DNA from: an uncultured Gemmatimonadales bacterium
Lineage (GTDB): Bacteria; Gemmatimonadota; Gemmatimonadetes; Gemmatimonadales; Gemmatimonadaceae
DNA: 64,000 nt
Direction of reading: 5' to 3'
NCBI GenBank assembly: GCA_963707505.1
Contig: CAVPQB010000003.1
Coordinates: 32,001-96,000 of the forward strand
Made by a program: the position numbers and the translations under genes. Every line of letters starts with the position of its first letter. Position 1 is the stretch's first letter. Shown here in pieces: positions 9,080 to 19,280 of the stretch. The notes under the pieces are model-generated. The model was not told where the DNA came from. It saw nothing but the letters and a program-made list of their open reading frames with translations, and did not search any database.

Positions 9080-10522
9080 CTATCTCTTCATCGGATGAGT
9101 TGCTGCCGGAATTGGCCGCGGCGCGGCTATCCGCAGCCCAATCGCAATCCTGTAAACGATGTAGAGCATTCCGGCGATCATCAGCGCTCGAATGAAAGGT
9201 GGATCGCCGTACCAAAACCACATCAAACCGGAGCATACTGCAGCCGCCCAGATCCACCGGCCGCCAAAACCATTCAACATGCTCCAGCGCTCGATATTTG
9301 CAATGAGCCATCCCCACAGAAACAGAATTCCCGCGACACCCAATGCTCCGAAGTTCTTGAATGGCGTGACAACCGGGTGTAGACCGCCTGACGAAACTCC
9401 GGCCGGATCCTCGGACGCAAGACTCGTCCCCTTTTCGATGGGTCGTGACACGCCGATAGCTTTCGTGATGGGGCCAGGAGGAAGAGCCAGTACGTAGTCG
9501 ACGTACGTTTCGCCGTAATGGTACTGCAAATCTCCGACGCGGTACTGCCATGCGGCACTGAGATTGGTCCACAACACAGCAGTCCACGTGCTTTGTGCCG
9601 AACCGAGTCGCACGATCTGAACGGGCGACAATGTCCGTACGAGTGTTGACGCGTTATACCGAATCGCACCCAAACCGACAAAAACGACGAGCGCCGCGAC
9701 GCCGGGTGGAATCAACTTCACGATTCTCCTCCGGCTCACGGAAGCGGCGGGTGTGTCAGCCTTAAGTCCCGCTGGCGACGTAAGATAAAGCGCGGCGAAC
9801 GCCGCCAACATGCCGCTGGACTCGCGATCGCCTCTCAGCAATTGCAGGAATATGACGACGTACGCCGCCGCCGCCGCGAGCACCCAGCCCTTCGCAGCTC
9901 GCACACCGACCTGGCTCTCACGCTCCGTATCCATGAACAGGAGTGCAAAGATGAGATACGAAACCATGTAAGCAGCACCGAAATTCAGCTTGTCAGCTAC
10001 GCTGGTAGAGTTTGTGGCCGTGTCGAAGATCGTAGCCGACGGGCTCGCGACCCATGAAAAGGCGACTGCACCAACCAGCGCGAGCGCAAACGCGATCGGG
10101 TCAAGCGTGCGTTTTGGCGTTTGAACTGCGCGCAAGACGACGTCACCCACCGGCGGCACCACAAACAAGCCCGCTACAAGCCCCAGCAACCCGATCAACC
10201 CTACGTCTACCATCTGCGCAATCAATACCGGATCGGAGCTTACCTGGATGCCCCGCGCGGTGAACATCCAGACGTAATTGTTCTCGAAGAGATAACCGAC
10301 GAGAATGCTGAAAGGTACGCCGTAGGCGAGCAACATCAGCCTCGGGTAGATGCTGAGCGGGGTCACCCGTATCGCCGCAACAGCGATAATGCACCCGCCG
10401 AGAAGCATGACTATCCCTACATGCAGTGGGACGACCCACCCGAGATTGAACAACGCTGCGAGCGTCGCTGCGCTGCCGAGCAGGAGCGTGACCAGCAGCG
10501 CTGAAAGTACGCGATTATTCAA
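9080..10522 (-). CDS. Multi-TM membrane protein, probable Wzy polymerase
   Basis: About 11-12 hydrophobic segments, RGDRE loop motif, large loop before FKNFGALGV; lies in a Wzx/Wzz locus. Family call is inference. Confidence 0.65.
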   Translation of the reverse strand: MNNRVLSALLVTLLLGSAATLAALFNLGWVVPLHVGIVMLLGGCIIAVAAIRVTPLSIYPRLMLLAYGVPFSILVGYLFENNYVWMFTARGIQVSSDPVLIAQMVDVGLIGLLGLVAGLFVVPPVGDVVLRAVQTPKRTLDPIAFALALVGAVAFSWVASPSATIFDTATNSTSVADKLNFGAAYMVSYLIFALLFMDTERESQVGVRAAKGWVLAAAAAYVVIFLQLLRGDRESSGMLAAFAALYLTSPAGLKADTPAASVSRRRIVKLIPPGVAALVVFVGLGAIRYNASTLVRTLSPVQIVRLGSAQSTWTAVLWTNLSAAWQYRVGDLQYHYGETYVDYVLALPPGPITKAIGVSRPIEKGTSLASEDPAGVSSGGLHPVVTPFKNFGALGVAGILFLWGWLIANIERWSMLNGFGGRWIWAAAVCSGLMWFWYGDPPFIRALMIAGMLYIVYRIAIGLRIAAPRPIPAATHPMKR

Positions 10523-10662
10523 AAGGTGAGGGTGACCGAGGCGCTGTGTGAGGGTATCCGATCCGCCAGAAAAGCAGGCTGCGATGCGGTGGTCAATGGA
10601 TTAAAGTTAACTCCGCTGCCGGTGAGCGATCTACCGGCGGTAAACCCCTCACACCGGTCCAG

Positions 10663-11788
10663 ATGCGAATCGGAGTAAACGCGCTCTTCCAAGCTCATGG
10701 AGGCAGCCTGGCCAATCTCACCCAGCTCCTCACCGAATGGAACCGGACCGGTGCCCTGGGCGACGACCAGCTGGTTATCTTCGCGAGCAGCGGGTCGGCC
10801 CAGCGACTACGTGATGTGATCCCAGCCCGGTGCGAATTGATCATCGTCGAGGCCGCAGACCGTGGGAGTCTCAGACGAGTTCTCGCCGAGCAGGTGAACC
10901 TGCCGTGGTTACTTGCAAAGCAACATATAGACGTACTCTTCTGCCCCGCGAATACAATCCCGCTAGCCACATCGGTGCCTTGTGTAACGAGACACATTTC
11001 AGAACGCGGCACCGTGCGCGATATTCGCGACGCGGGTATCGGTCTGCGTGTCCGCTGGCGAGTGCTCGGCTTCTTCATGCTCCTGTCTGCAAAGCGATCA
11101 CGTCGCGTCATCTTTCTATCACGATACTTCCTCGATCTTTTTGTCGACAGATTTGAGTTCGATGCTCACCGCGGCATAGTTATTTACAGAACGGGTCCCT
11201 GGTATCCAGACCGGCGCGACACCCGACGCCAGACGCCACGAGGGAGATTTGTCAGTCGCGCACTTGTACCCGTACAAGAACCTTCTGGAGCTGATCGATG
11301 GATTCATCAGCGCACGACGGGCGCGATCCAATGACTGGACACTTATCCTGGCCGGCGCCGAATACGTTGGCGACTACGGCGCTAGAGTCCGCGCACGTCT
11401 TGCCCAGCTCGAAGTGGATGAGGCGGAAGTGCGCCTGCTTGGCGATGTCGCCGCGTCAGAAGTCAGCGCGCTGCTTGCCCGCTGCGAGATCTTTGCATTC
11501 TCATCCGTCTGCGAGAATTGTCCGACGGCACTCGTCGAAGCGTTGCGAATGGGCGTTGCGATCGCATGCTCTTCGGTGGGCGTCATGCCCGAAATCGCAG
11601 GCGACGCCGCCGCGTATTTTGATCCATATGCACCGGCAGACATTGCTCGTGTACTCGGGGGACTGATGGATGATCCGAAGCATCGCGACAATTTACGAGA
11701 CGCGGCTGCCACGCGCGGAAAAGCGTTTCCGAGCCCCTCAGACGCGGCGACCATTACGCTTGCCACGATTCGTGCATCGGCCGGCTAA
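10663..11788 (+). CDS. Glycosyltransferase family 4, frameshifted (ORFs 10663..11334 and 11249..11788)
   Basis: MRIGVNAL N-terminus; HLYPYKN, SVCENCPTALVEAL (EX7E) and MPEIAGDAAAYFDP in the second piece. Confidence 0.85.
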
Positions 11789-12768
11789 ACTTTGCGGGTC
11801 GTGAGTCGCAACACAACGTACAACGCCAGCAACCCGACATAGGCGGCAACCAACCCACCGACGGGGACACGTCCACGCCAGAATAGCAACGCGCTCCCAA
11901 GCAGAGCCTCGACCGTGACGTAGCCGACGGTCACGCTCAGATGCGATCGCCATCTACGCGCCGCGCGCTGGTACACATGGTCGCGATGTGGTTTCCATGG
12001 ACGCTCACCGCGAAGAAAGCCGCATCGCACAGAGTGCACGTGGCGTCGACGATGAATGGCGCGAGCAGAAACCCCCACCCGGTTAAACCAACCGTTGTCG
12101 CGCGGTGCGACGTGAGGGCGAGCACCGCTAGCAAAAATCCGAGCGTACCGCTTCCAACGTCCCCCATGAAGATCTTCGCCGGTGGACGATTCCACCACAG
12201 AAACCGCCGACTGCGGCCGCGATCACACTACAGCAGTAGGCTATTGCAATGTCGGTTGTGAATCCCAGAGCAATCGCGGCAAACACGCATGCGGACGCCG
12301 CTTGCGTCGCGGCAATTCCGTCCAGTCCATCCATGAAGTTGAAAAGATTGACCATCCAGACAATGGCGATCAGCGTGGCGAAGAGCCGGTTGAAGAGCCG
12401 ATTGGACTCCCACCGAGCGCATGGATCGCCCACCACGCGGCCCCGATCTGGACGATGAAGCGCGTGCCGGGTGCGACGCTCATGCGATCGTCAAGCCACC
12501 CGATGAATGCGACAATGCTGCCGCCGACGACCAGCGCCGAGGCAAGTGGAGGTGGCACGAGGCCTAGCAGGTATCCAACGCCAACGGCGGCAAACGAAAC
12601 GACGACGAACGCCAGTCCCCCGCCCCGCGGTACGGGGGCCACATGAGAACTGCGTTCGTTCGGAATATCCATCAGCCCGCTCGTCACGGCAACGCCTCGA
12701 ATCCAGCCGGTAAGCGCTAGGGACGCAGCGAACGCGATTGCCAGAATCGCGATTAATTCCGTCGACAT
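11785..12768 (-). CDS. MraY/WecA-family (WbpL-like) polyprenyl-phosphate HexNAc-1-P transferase, several frameshifts
   Basis: Motifs spread over four ORF pieces: [45 protein letters not shown]. Confidence 0.88.
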
Positions 12769-13698
12769 CAGCGACTCCGAAACCATGTCGCAGACCGTGC
12801 CAGTCCCTCGTCAGTTGAAAAGCGGGGCGCCCCCGTACGGCGCGAAATCAGGCATTGAATCAACCACGAGTGTTCCAGTTGCTCTGAGCACGTCCTCACG
12901 GGTTACTGGACTGAGCCATCCGCGCGACAGCGTTCCAATCAAACCGGCGGTACGAAGAATCGACAACGGAACGCGAACAACGCGAGTCGGCATGCCAAGC
13001 GATCCGGCAATCTTACGTACGAGATCTTCAGTGGACATGGGGGTGCGGTCCGCCGGATAAACGATCGGAGGGCCGTTGGCCGCACGGTCGCAGAGACGTC
13101 GAACACAATCGGCAACATTGCCGACGTACGCCACGTTCTGTCTATTGGTAACCCCGGCCAATGGAATCACACGATTCCGTGCCACCATTTCGTGAATACA
13201 GACCGGAGGGGCCGCCCGCGTATCCCCTCCCCATAAATCATCGGCGGACGGAGAATTAACAATTGTGTCGGTGTGCCAGCGAGCGTTTCGATCATGACAT
13301 TCTCTCGACAGCACGCTTGCCGTGGGCGTACTCGTCACGGCCAACTGCCGCCGCGATCGAGCTGACCAGAACCACGGCACCTACACCAGCCGCTGACGCG
13401 GCGGACGCCGCCAGGGACGCGCTTCGCGCACAGCCAACGTCGTGTGATGCCGATCGCGTGATGACGCGTGAAACACGTGTGCAACACCAGCAGCGTGAAC
13501 CAGTACGTCCGCGCCGTCGCACGCGTGCCGCAGCATCGGTTCGTCGCGAAAATCGTCCCACTGGACTTCCGCACTCCCCGCCGGAGCGTGACGCCCGGCC
13601 CTGACCAGTGCGCGCACTGTCCATCCGCAATCCAGCAAGGCGCGACACACGTGGCCGCCAATGAATCCGGTACTTCCCGTGACGACGGCTATTCGCAT
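12768..13698 (-). CDS. NAD-dependent epimerase/dehydratase, several frameshifts
   Basis: MRIAVVTGSTGFIGG start with GAGGT SD; LVHAAGVAH, VSSIAA, YAHGK (YxxxK), YVGNVAD in successive frames; ends FSTDEGLARSATWFRSR with TGATG overlap. Confidence 0.82.
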
Positions 13699-14914
13699 GC
13701 GACCTCGGTCTTCCGGTCCGCACAGCGTGTTCGCTAGCGACACGTATTGCGCCACTACAGCGCCGCGCGTGTAGAACTTCTCGGCCACAGCGCGTGCGCG
13801 CGCGCCAGCGGCTACGACCGCATAAGGATCGCTCGCCGCTGCCTCTACCGCACGTACGAGTGCCCGCACGTCGCCCGGTTCGACGATCCACCCGAGGCCA
13901 TGCTCGGCGACGAGCTCAGCAACCTCCGACCGACGGTCAGCCACAACGATTATCGGCCGTCCGGCGCACATGACGTTGTACACTCGGCTCGGTACCGAGA
14001 TGCCCGCCATTCCGTTCACAAAGGCGACCACCGAAACGTCCGCCGCTCCAAGCGTCTCAAGACAGTTGCTCGTGTCCAACGCGACCTCGCCACGATACGT
14101 TGCGCAGGTGCTCTGTCTCTATGGCTGCCTGAACGACGGAAAGCTTGGCTCCGTCACCAACGAACTGCCATTCGATACCAGAGTCGCGTGTCCGCCGCGC
14201 AGCCTCAATCAGCGTCTCGATGTCGTGCGTCCTTCCGATGTTGCCAAGATACTGCACGGTAAACCGCGGATTGGCTCCGCGCGTGATGGGGTGTACGACA
14301 TCATCGTCGCCCCAATTGGGAATCACGATGACCTTTGTCGGGTCCTGCACTCTTGCTCTCGCATGGGTCGCCATGTCGCGGCCGAGCACGATGACTCGCA
14401 TCGCATGAGCATACAGACGTCTCACCGCGCCAGCGATAGCGCGTTCCATCAGTCCGCCAGCGCTGATGAGGCCAACCGCGGTAAGCACGTCCGAATACAC
14501 ATCATGAACCAGCACGCTGTACGCTGCACCGCGCCACCGGCAGGCCAGCGCTACGAGGTAAGGAAGGAACGGCGGATTGGTTACTACGATCACGTGATCG
14601 CCGCGTCGCACCTTGCTCAACGTCTTTACAAACAATAACCACGACACCGACACGGAAAGGGCCAACCGTGAAGCGAGTACGTTCTTGTCCAGCACCGGCG
14701 GCGTAACACGAAACACGCGAACATGATTCCGACACTCGCTCGACGGCGCTCGCATCCCTCTTGCGGCGTAGGTCGGCTGACTGCAGATGACTCCCACCTT
14801 TCGCGTGTTCGCGACGCCCTCAGCGATCCCCGTGACGAAATGTCCGGTAGATACGTGCTCCGGAGCGTAAAGTTCTGACACGAACCAGAGCATCCCTTCC
14901 TTCGGCTCAGACAT
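13689..14914 (-). CDS. Glycosyltransferase family 4 (WbuB/WcaI-like), frameshifted near 14075; 3' end uncertain
   Basis: VSELYAPE, VTNPPF, VHDVY, IPNWGD, YLGNIGRTH, then SVPSRVYNVMCAGRPI in another frame. Confidence 0.85.
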
Positions 14915-16175
14915 CGGATCGATAAACGACGTCCAAAAGTATCTGTTCGAGCGACCGGGCTTGCGCTTCTCTCGTAAGGCCGCTCGCCGCTTCAACCGCG
15001 GTATCGGGAAGACGTCCCCTGTGCCGCCAGTCTCCAAGCCATCCGCCGAGTAGCGACTCGACCTCAGACGAGTTGGTCGCAATGGAACCCGCAGCACGTC
15101 CGCGTATCAGGTCAGCTGCTACGCCGCATGCCATCCCGACGGCGAGGATGGGACGGTGCGCGCCAATGTATTCAAACAGCTTCGTGGTATAGACACCAGG
15201 CTGCGATGCATCATTCCAGAGGAGAAACAACAGGACGTCCGCGGATTGCTGAATTCGCAATGCCTCCGAATGTGACACCGCTGGGAGCACCGATACGCGG
15301 TCTCCCACGCCGAACGACCTCGCGCACGTCATGACGACGGCCGGATCCGAACCGACGAACGTCACATGCACTTCCGCCGCCCTGGGACCCATTCGCGCGA
15401 GTGCATCGAACAGGGGCGCAGGATCCTGGTACGAGCCGTATACGGTCCCGGTGTATATGATGTGAAAGACATCTCGCGGAAGCGTAGGGATTGCCCCGAC
15501 CGCCGAATCCTGCGCGTCATAACCGTTGAGAACTATTGCGACCGGGACGCCAAACCTGTGAAGCGTTTCACCCAACGGCGCAGATACTGTTACAAGCGCA
15601 CTCGCGGTCCGGAGGACCGCACTCTCCAATCGACGTTCGATGCGCTTGCGCCACGCCGGATACGGGTACGCATGGTTGTCAACCCACAGATCGCGGAGAT
15701 CGCCTACCCACGGCACTCCGAGCCGCCGCGCTACTGCACGCGCGATTATCAGCGACGTGACAGGGCTCGAGCTTGCGAGAATGACGTCGGGGCGCCAGTC
15801 GCGTGTGAGCCGGCGCGCGGCGCGAAGCGCAAACGGAAACCAGCCGAACTGCCCATCGGGAAAGTACAGCACGCTACGCAGGATCCCAGCTGACGTCGGC
15901 GTTGCACGCACCGCGTTGCCACTGCTGCTGCGCCGCGACGTGCCGCGTCCCTGGATCATGTCCACGATTCGACGCGCGCCCCACCATCTGGTGTAGGTAA
16001 CGTGATCCGGGGCGATCTCGACTGAGAGAGAGGCCGACGCAACACTCTGGTCTCGCGCCGAAATTACCCTGACATCATGCCCGAAGCGCGAAAGATAGGC
16101 TGCAAACTTGCCGGTCCGCACCGCCCCTGCCGAGTCGAAAGGCGGGAAGAAATAGGAAATGAGAAGCACGCGCAC
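14907..16175 (-). CDS. Glycosyltransferase family 4
   Basis: Probable GTG start VRVLLISYFFPP; DLRDLW, NGYD, YTGTVYG, TKLFEYIGAHRPIL. Confidence 0.9.
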   Translation of the reverse strand: MRVLLISYFFPPFDSAGAVRTGKFAAYLSRFGHDVRVISARDQSVASASLSVEIAPDHVTYTRWWGARRIVDMIQGRGTSRRSSSGNAVRATPTSAGILRSVLYFPDGQFGWFPFALRAARRLTRDWRPDVILASSSPVTSLIIARAVARRLGVPWVGDLRDLWVDNHAYPYPAWRKRIERRLESAVLRTASALVTVSAPLGETLHRFGVPVAIVLNGYDAQDSAVGAIPTLPRDVFHIIYTGTVYGSYQDPAPLFDALARMGPRAAEVHVTFVGSDPAVVMTCARSFGVGDRVSVLPAVSHSEALRIQQSADVLLFLLWNDASQPGVYTTKLFEYIGAHRPILAVGMACGVAADLIRGRAAGSIATNSSEVESLLGGWLGDWRHRGRLPDTAVEAASGLTREAQARSLEQILLDVVYRSDV

Positions 16176-16227
16176 GATCAGGCGCGTTCCGATTTGCGGT
16201 GTCCGCGAACAATCAACAGATGCGACG

Positions 16228-17598
16228 TCAACGTAGCCCCGCCATGTCGTCCAGCATGGCAAGATAAGCCTGTCTCCATCCAGCCCAGTCGGCTCCGAAG
16301 GAAGTGTTGTGCCAGAGCAGGGTGAACGTTCCCTCGACATCGCGACAGCGACGTGCGAGCCTGGATACCGTCTCCATTGCGGCGACAGGCGTGAGACCGC
16401 GGTAAAAACGTAATGTCCCGTCCATGACGATCAACGGGATCTCTGTGAGATGGAGAGGATGATCACTCTCGATATCGAATACATTAAACGGATGGCATGT
16501 TCCGCAGCGGAACCCCTCACGGTCGGCGAAGCCCATCGAGGTATCGTACTCCAGACCGACAGCATCCAACGATCTCCACGTCTCGGGCACACACACGCGG
16601 AGATAATGCTGGCGGCTGCCTCTGATCGATGCCCGTGCCGACATCCGGGCATACTCCAACATTAGCGCCGCCCGGTCGCGCATCGTGTCATATCCCGCAT
16701 GAAGGCCAATCTCGAATCCATCTGCGATAAGTCGTTCGATCAGTGAACGTGTGAAATGAGCGTCGATGTCGTAATCGCCGTTCCGGGGTGAAGGCTCTGC
16801 AGCAATAAAATAAAAGGCGCTCGACATACCACGTTCGCGAGATGCGGACGCAAGATCAAACACTCCGCGGACCGATTGCGACGCCTCTGCATTTCTGTAT
16901 TCGCGCACAATTTGCCGCGTTGTCTGGAAGGCGCTTCCGATGTCTCTTCGGCGAACAACGTCACCCACAATCCGTCGCACGACGGAACGCCATCCGCGAG
17001 CCGTAAAGAGGCGATCAACATCATGGCTGAGCTGAACACGAAACGCCCCAACGCTTGGCCGCCAGTGTGGCGCGATACGCATGACCCACGCGCGAAGGAC
17101 CAGCGCGTACTCGTCCACAACAGGGCAGTCGATGAATCCCTGCCGACCCGCGACGGATGCCGTTGCGGGAAAGCGTCCGTGCGCATCCACGCATGTACCG
17201 ACGGTTTCTTCCCAACGCGACAACATGAAGAACGTCACTGCAATGATATCAATGTCGAACACTACTCCTGGGTTCGTGTCATGATGCCGTACGAACGATT
17301 CATTCTGTGCCACTGCCCTGACGAATACGAGCGGGACGGTGCGATCCGGGCCGTTGCCATCCGGATAAAGCGTTCCCGCGGCAACGTGCGCTATCGAACC
17401 GTCGGGGGCGCGGCACAATTCGTCAAACGCACCACCCGGAGCGCGATGTATGACTACGGTGAGGCTAGCGCCGGTCGCTGGCACGCTGTCCCCCCCATAC
17501 ACCAGCCTCACTGGCGCGTTGAGCGGATCGAATCCCGCGCGCCTCGCGAGTTCTGCCCACGCATACGCGACGGCAGCAGGCGTCAGATCGCTCGCCAT
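16228..17598 (-). CDS. Polysaccharide deacetylase-family protein
   Basis: FFMLSRWEE N-terminal domain; LSHDVD, EIGLH, GSRQHYLR, YDTSMGF, GFRCGTC, TLLWHN motifs of NodB-like deacetylases. Confidence 0.8.
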   Translation of the reverse strand: MASDLTPAAVAYAWAELARRAGFDPLNAPVRLVYGGDSVPATGASLTVVIHRAPGGAFDELCRAPDGSIAHVAAGTLYPDGNGPDRTVPLVFVRAVAQNESFVRHHDTNPGVVFDIDIIAVTFFMLSRWEETVGTCVDAHGRFPATASVAGRQGFIDCPVVDEYALVLRAWVMRIAPHWRPSVGAFRVQLSHDVDRLFTARGWRSVVRRIVGDVVRRRDIGSAFQTTRQIVREYRNAEASQSVRGVFDLASASRERGMSSAFYFIAAEPSPRNGDYDIDAHFTRSLIERLIADGFEIGLHAGYDTMRDRAALMLEYARMSARASIRGSRQHYLRVCVPETWRSLDAVGLEYDTSMGFADREGFRCGTCHPFNVFDIESDHPLHLTEIPLIVMDGTLRFYRGLTPVAAMETVSRLARRCRDVEGTFTLLWHNTSFGADWAGWRQAYLAMLDDMAGLR

Positions 17599-17615
17599 CG
17601 GCAATCGTGGCGCGC

Positions 17616-18586
17616 CTAACGTCGTCGCCTCGCCAGGGCGGAAGCCTGACGAATGGCGCGATACATCAGATATGACGGCGACGTTATGCGCTCAAGGGCC
17701 GAGTATGATTCCGGGCGTGCTCCGAATGCGCGGACAAATCGTTCTACGGGCTCGAGCATGGACCCTTCGAAGTCAAATGCGGGCGCGACACTTGCCGCGA
17801 ACTGGATCGCCGACCAGAGCACGAGCGCAGTCGCGCCGCTATTCCGAAGTGCCGGATCGCCGCCGCCCATGAGGTAATACGCCGAGCGTTTGTCCCACAC
17901 GACGTACGCAACGGCGTGTGGCGTCCCATCCGCACCGCGTGCAACAAAAATACGTCGTGCATTTCTCGATGCGCACGCTGCATCCACTCGCGCGACCAGC
18001 GCGCGGTCGTAAGGAACCTTCATCCCCGCCGCGTAAAGGTCTTTTCGTGCACACCCCAAAATGCATCCAGCCCCTCGTCGACGTTCACAGTGACTCCGAG
18101 GCGCTCCGCCTTCCGAATATCGGTGCGAATATTATCGCGGAACCCCGCCCATACATTGTCGAGCCGGCTAAGGTCCGACAGCACGAATGTGTATCGCGTG
18201 GTCTGACTGAATCCAACCCACGCGAGAGGGGCCCAGTACGTGAAACCCCTGTGGCATCGTGCGCGTACTATATCGGACGCCGGAAGCGCCGACGCCAGCT
18301 CCGTCATTATATCCTTTTCCCGCGCCAGTCGCGTCGACAACTTGCCGCCTCCTGTCGGACCAAGGAGCACGCCGAGCCAGGGCGTCAGTGGTGGCATATC
18401 AATTAGTGTCCGACCGAAGGCGCGCCTCACGACGTATGGCCACGCGGCGTCGATGCGACCGTCTTTCGTCACAACGGCGTAGCCGTGGTGACCTGGCGCT
18501 ACCGCATCGAGCCACCATGATGTGCAGAAAATGGACCCCTGCGGCGACATGGCGACGAAGTCATCATAGGCGTCGTTATCGATCAT
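17616..18586 (-). CDS. GNAT/FemAB-like acyltransferase, frameshifted near 18030
   Basis: YDDFVAMSPQGSIFCTSWWL, RTDIRKAE, then AYYLMGG, FDFEGS, FVRAFGA in the second piece. Confidence 0.8.
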
Positions 18587-19280
18587 TCGCAGCCGACGAC
18601 GGGTTCTTTTTCAATACGGCATGAAAACGGTATTCGTACCCGGACGACGAAAATGTCTCCACAGCAAATCCACTGCTCGTTGCCAGTCGCGCAACCTGGG
18701 ATCGGTGATACCAGAGTCCGATTCCGTCATCCTTGCGCAGCAATTCCGTTGATACAAGTGAGTTGAGTGCACGGGATATCGAAAACGCTAAATCAGACCG
18801 CAACGCACCGCCGCGGTACGCCCACCGAAGCGACGCGTCCGGGATATTTGCGATGAGATAGGTACCGCCCGGACGTAGAATGCGCGACGCCTCCGCAATA
18901 TTCAGTCGAAGATCGGCGAGAGAAAGGTATTGCGCCAGCTGATTGCAGAAAACAAACTCCGCAATGCCGTCAGCTAGCGGAACGTGCGTGGCGTCCGCGC
19001 GCGCAACCATGGCAGCCGGGGACTGTTCTCGAAAAGCCGCAGTCATGGCCTCGGAAAAATCCACGCCGACATACGACTCGAATGCGGCCGTCATGAATGT
19101 GAAAAGGTCTCCGCGCCCGCACCCGAGCTCGACTGCAAGATTTACGATCGGGGGCGCGTAGAGCAGCAGTTCCGAAGCGTAGAAACGCAACCAGTCGGGC
19201 TCGTTGTGACGATGCCCGGCGTTTGAGCGGCCCTGCCACATGGCAGACCAGTGATCGCGGTATGCCACTACTCGGGCCAC
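18576..19280 (-). CDS. Class I SAM-dependent methyltransferase (start uncertain)
   Basis: VELGCGRG motif I, VGVDFSEAM, RILRPGG. Confidence 0.88.
   Translation of the reverse strand: MARVVAYRDHWSAMWQGRSNAGHRHNEPDWLRFYASELLLYAPPIVNLAVELGCGRGDLFTFMTAAFESYVGVDFSEAMTAAFREQSPAAMVARADATHVPLADGIAEFVFCNQLAQYLSLADLRLNIAEASRILRPGGTYLIANIPDASLRWAYRGGALRSDLAFSISRALNSLVSTELLRKDDGIGLWYHRSQVARLATSSGFAVETFSSSGYEYRFHAVLKKNPSSAANDR

Noticed and set aside
13381..14079. Apparent GT4-epimerase fusion ORF
   Set aside because: The epimerase has its own GAGGT SD and ATG at 13698, a TAG sits in the neighbouring frame at 13689-13691, and the region is rich in indels; most likely an artefact, though reads should confirm.
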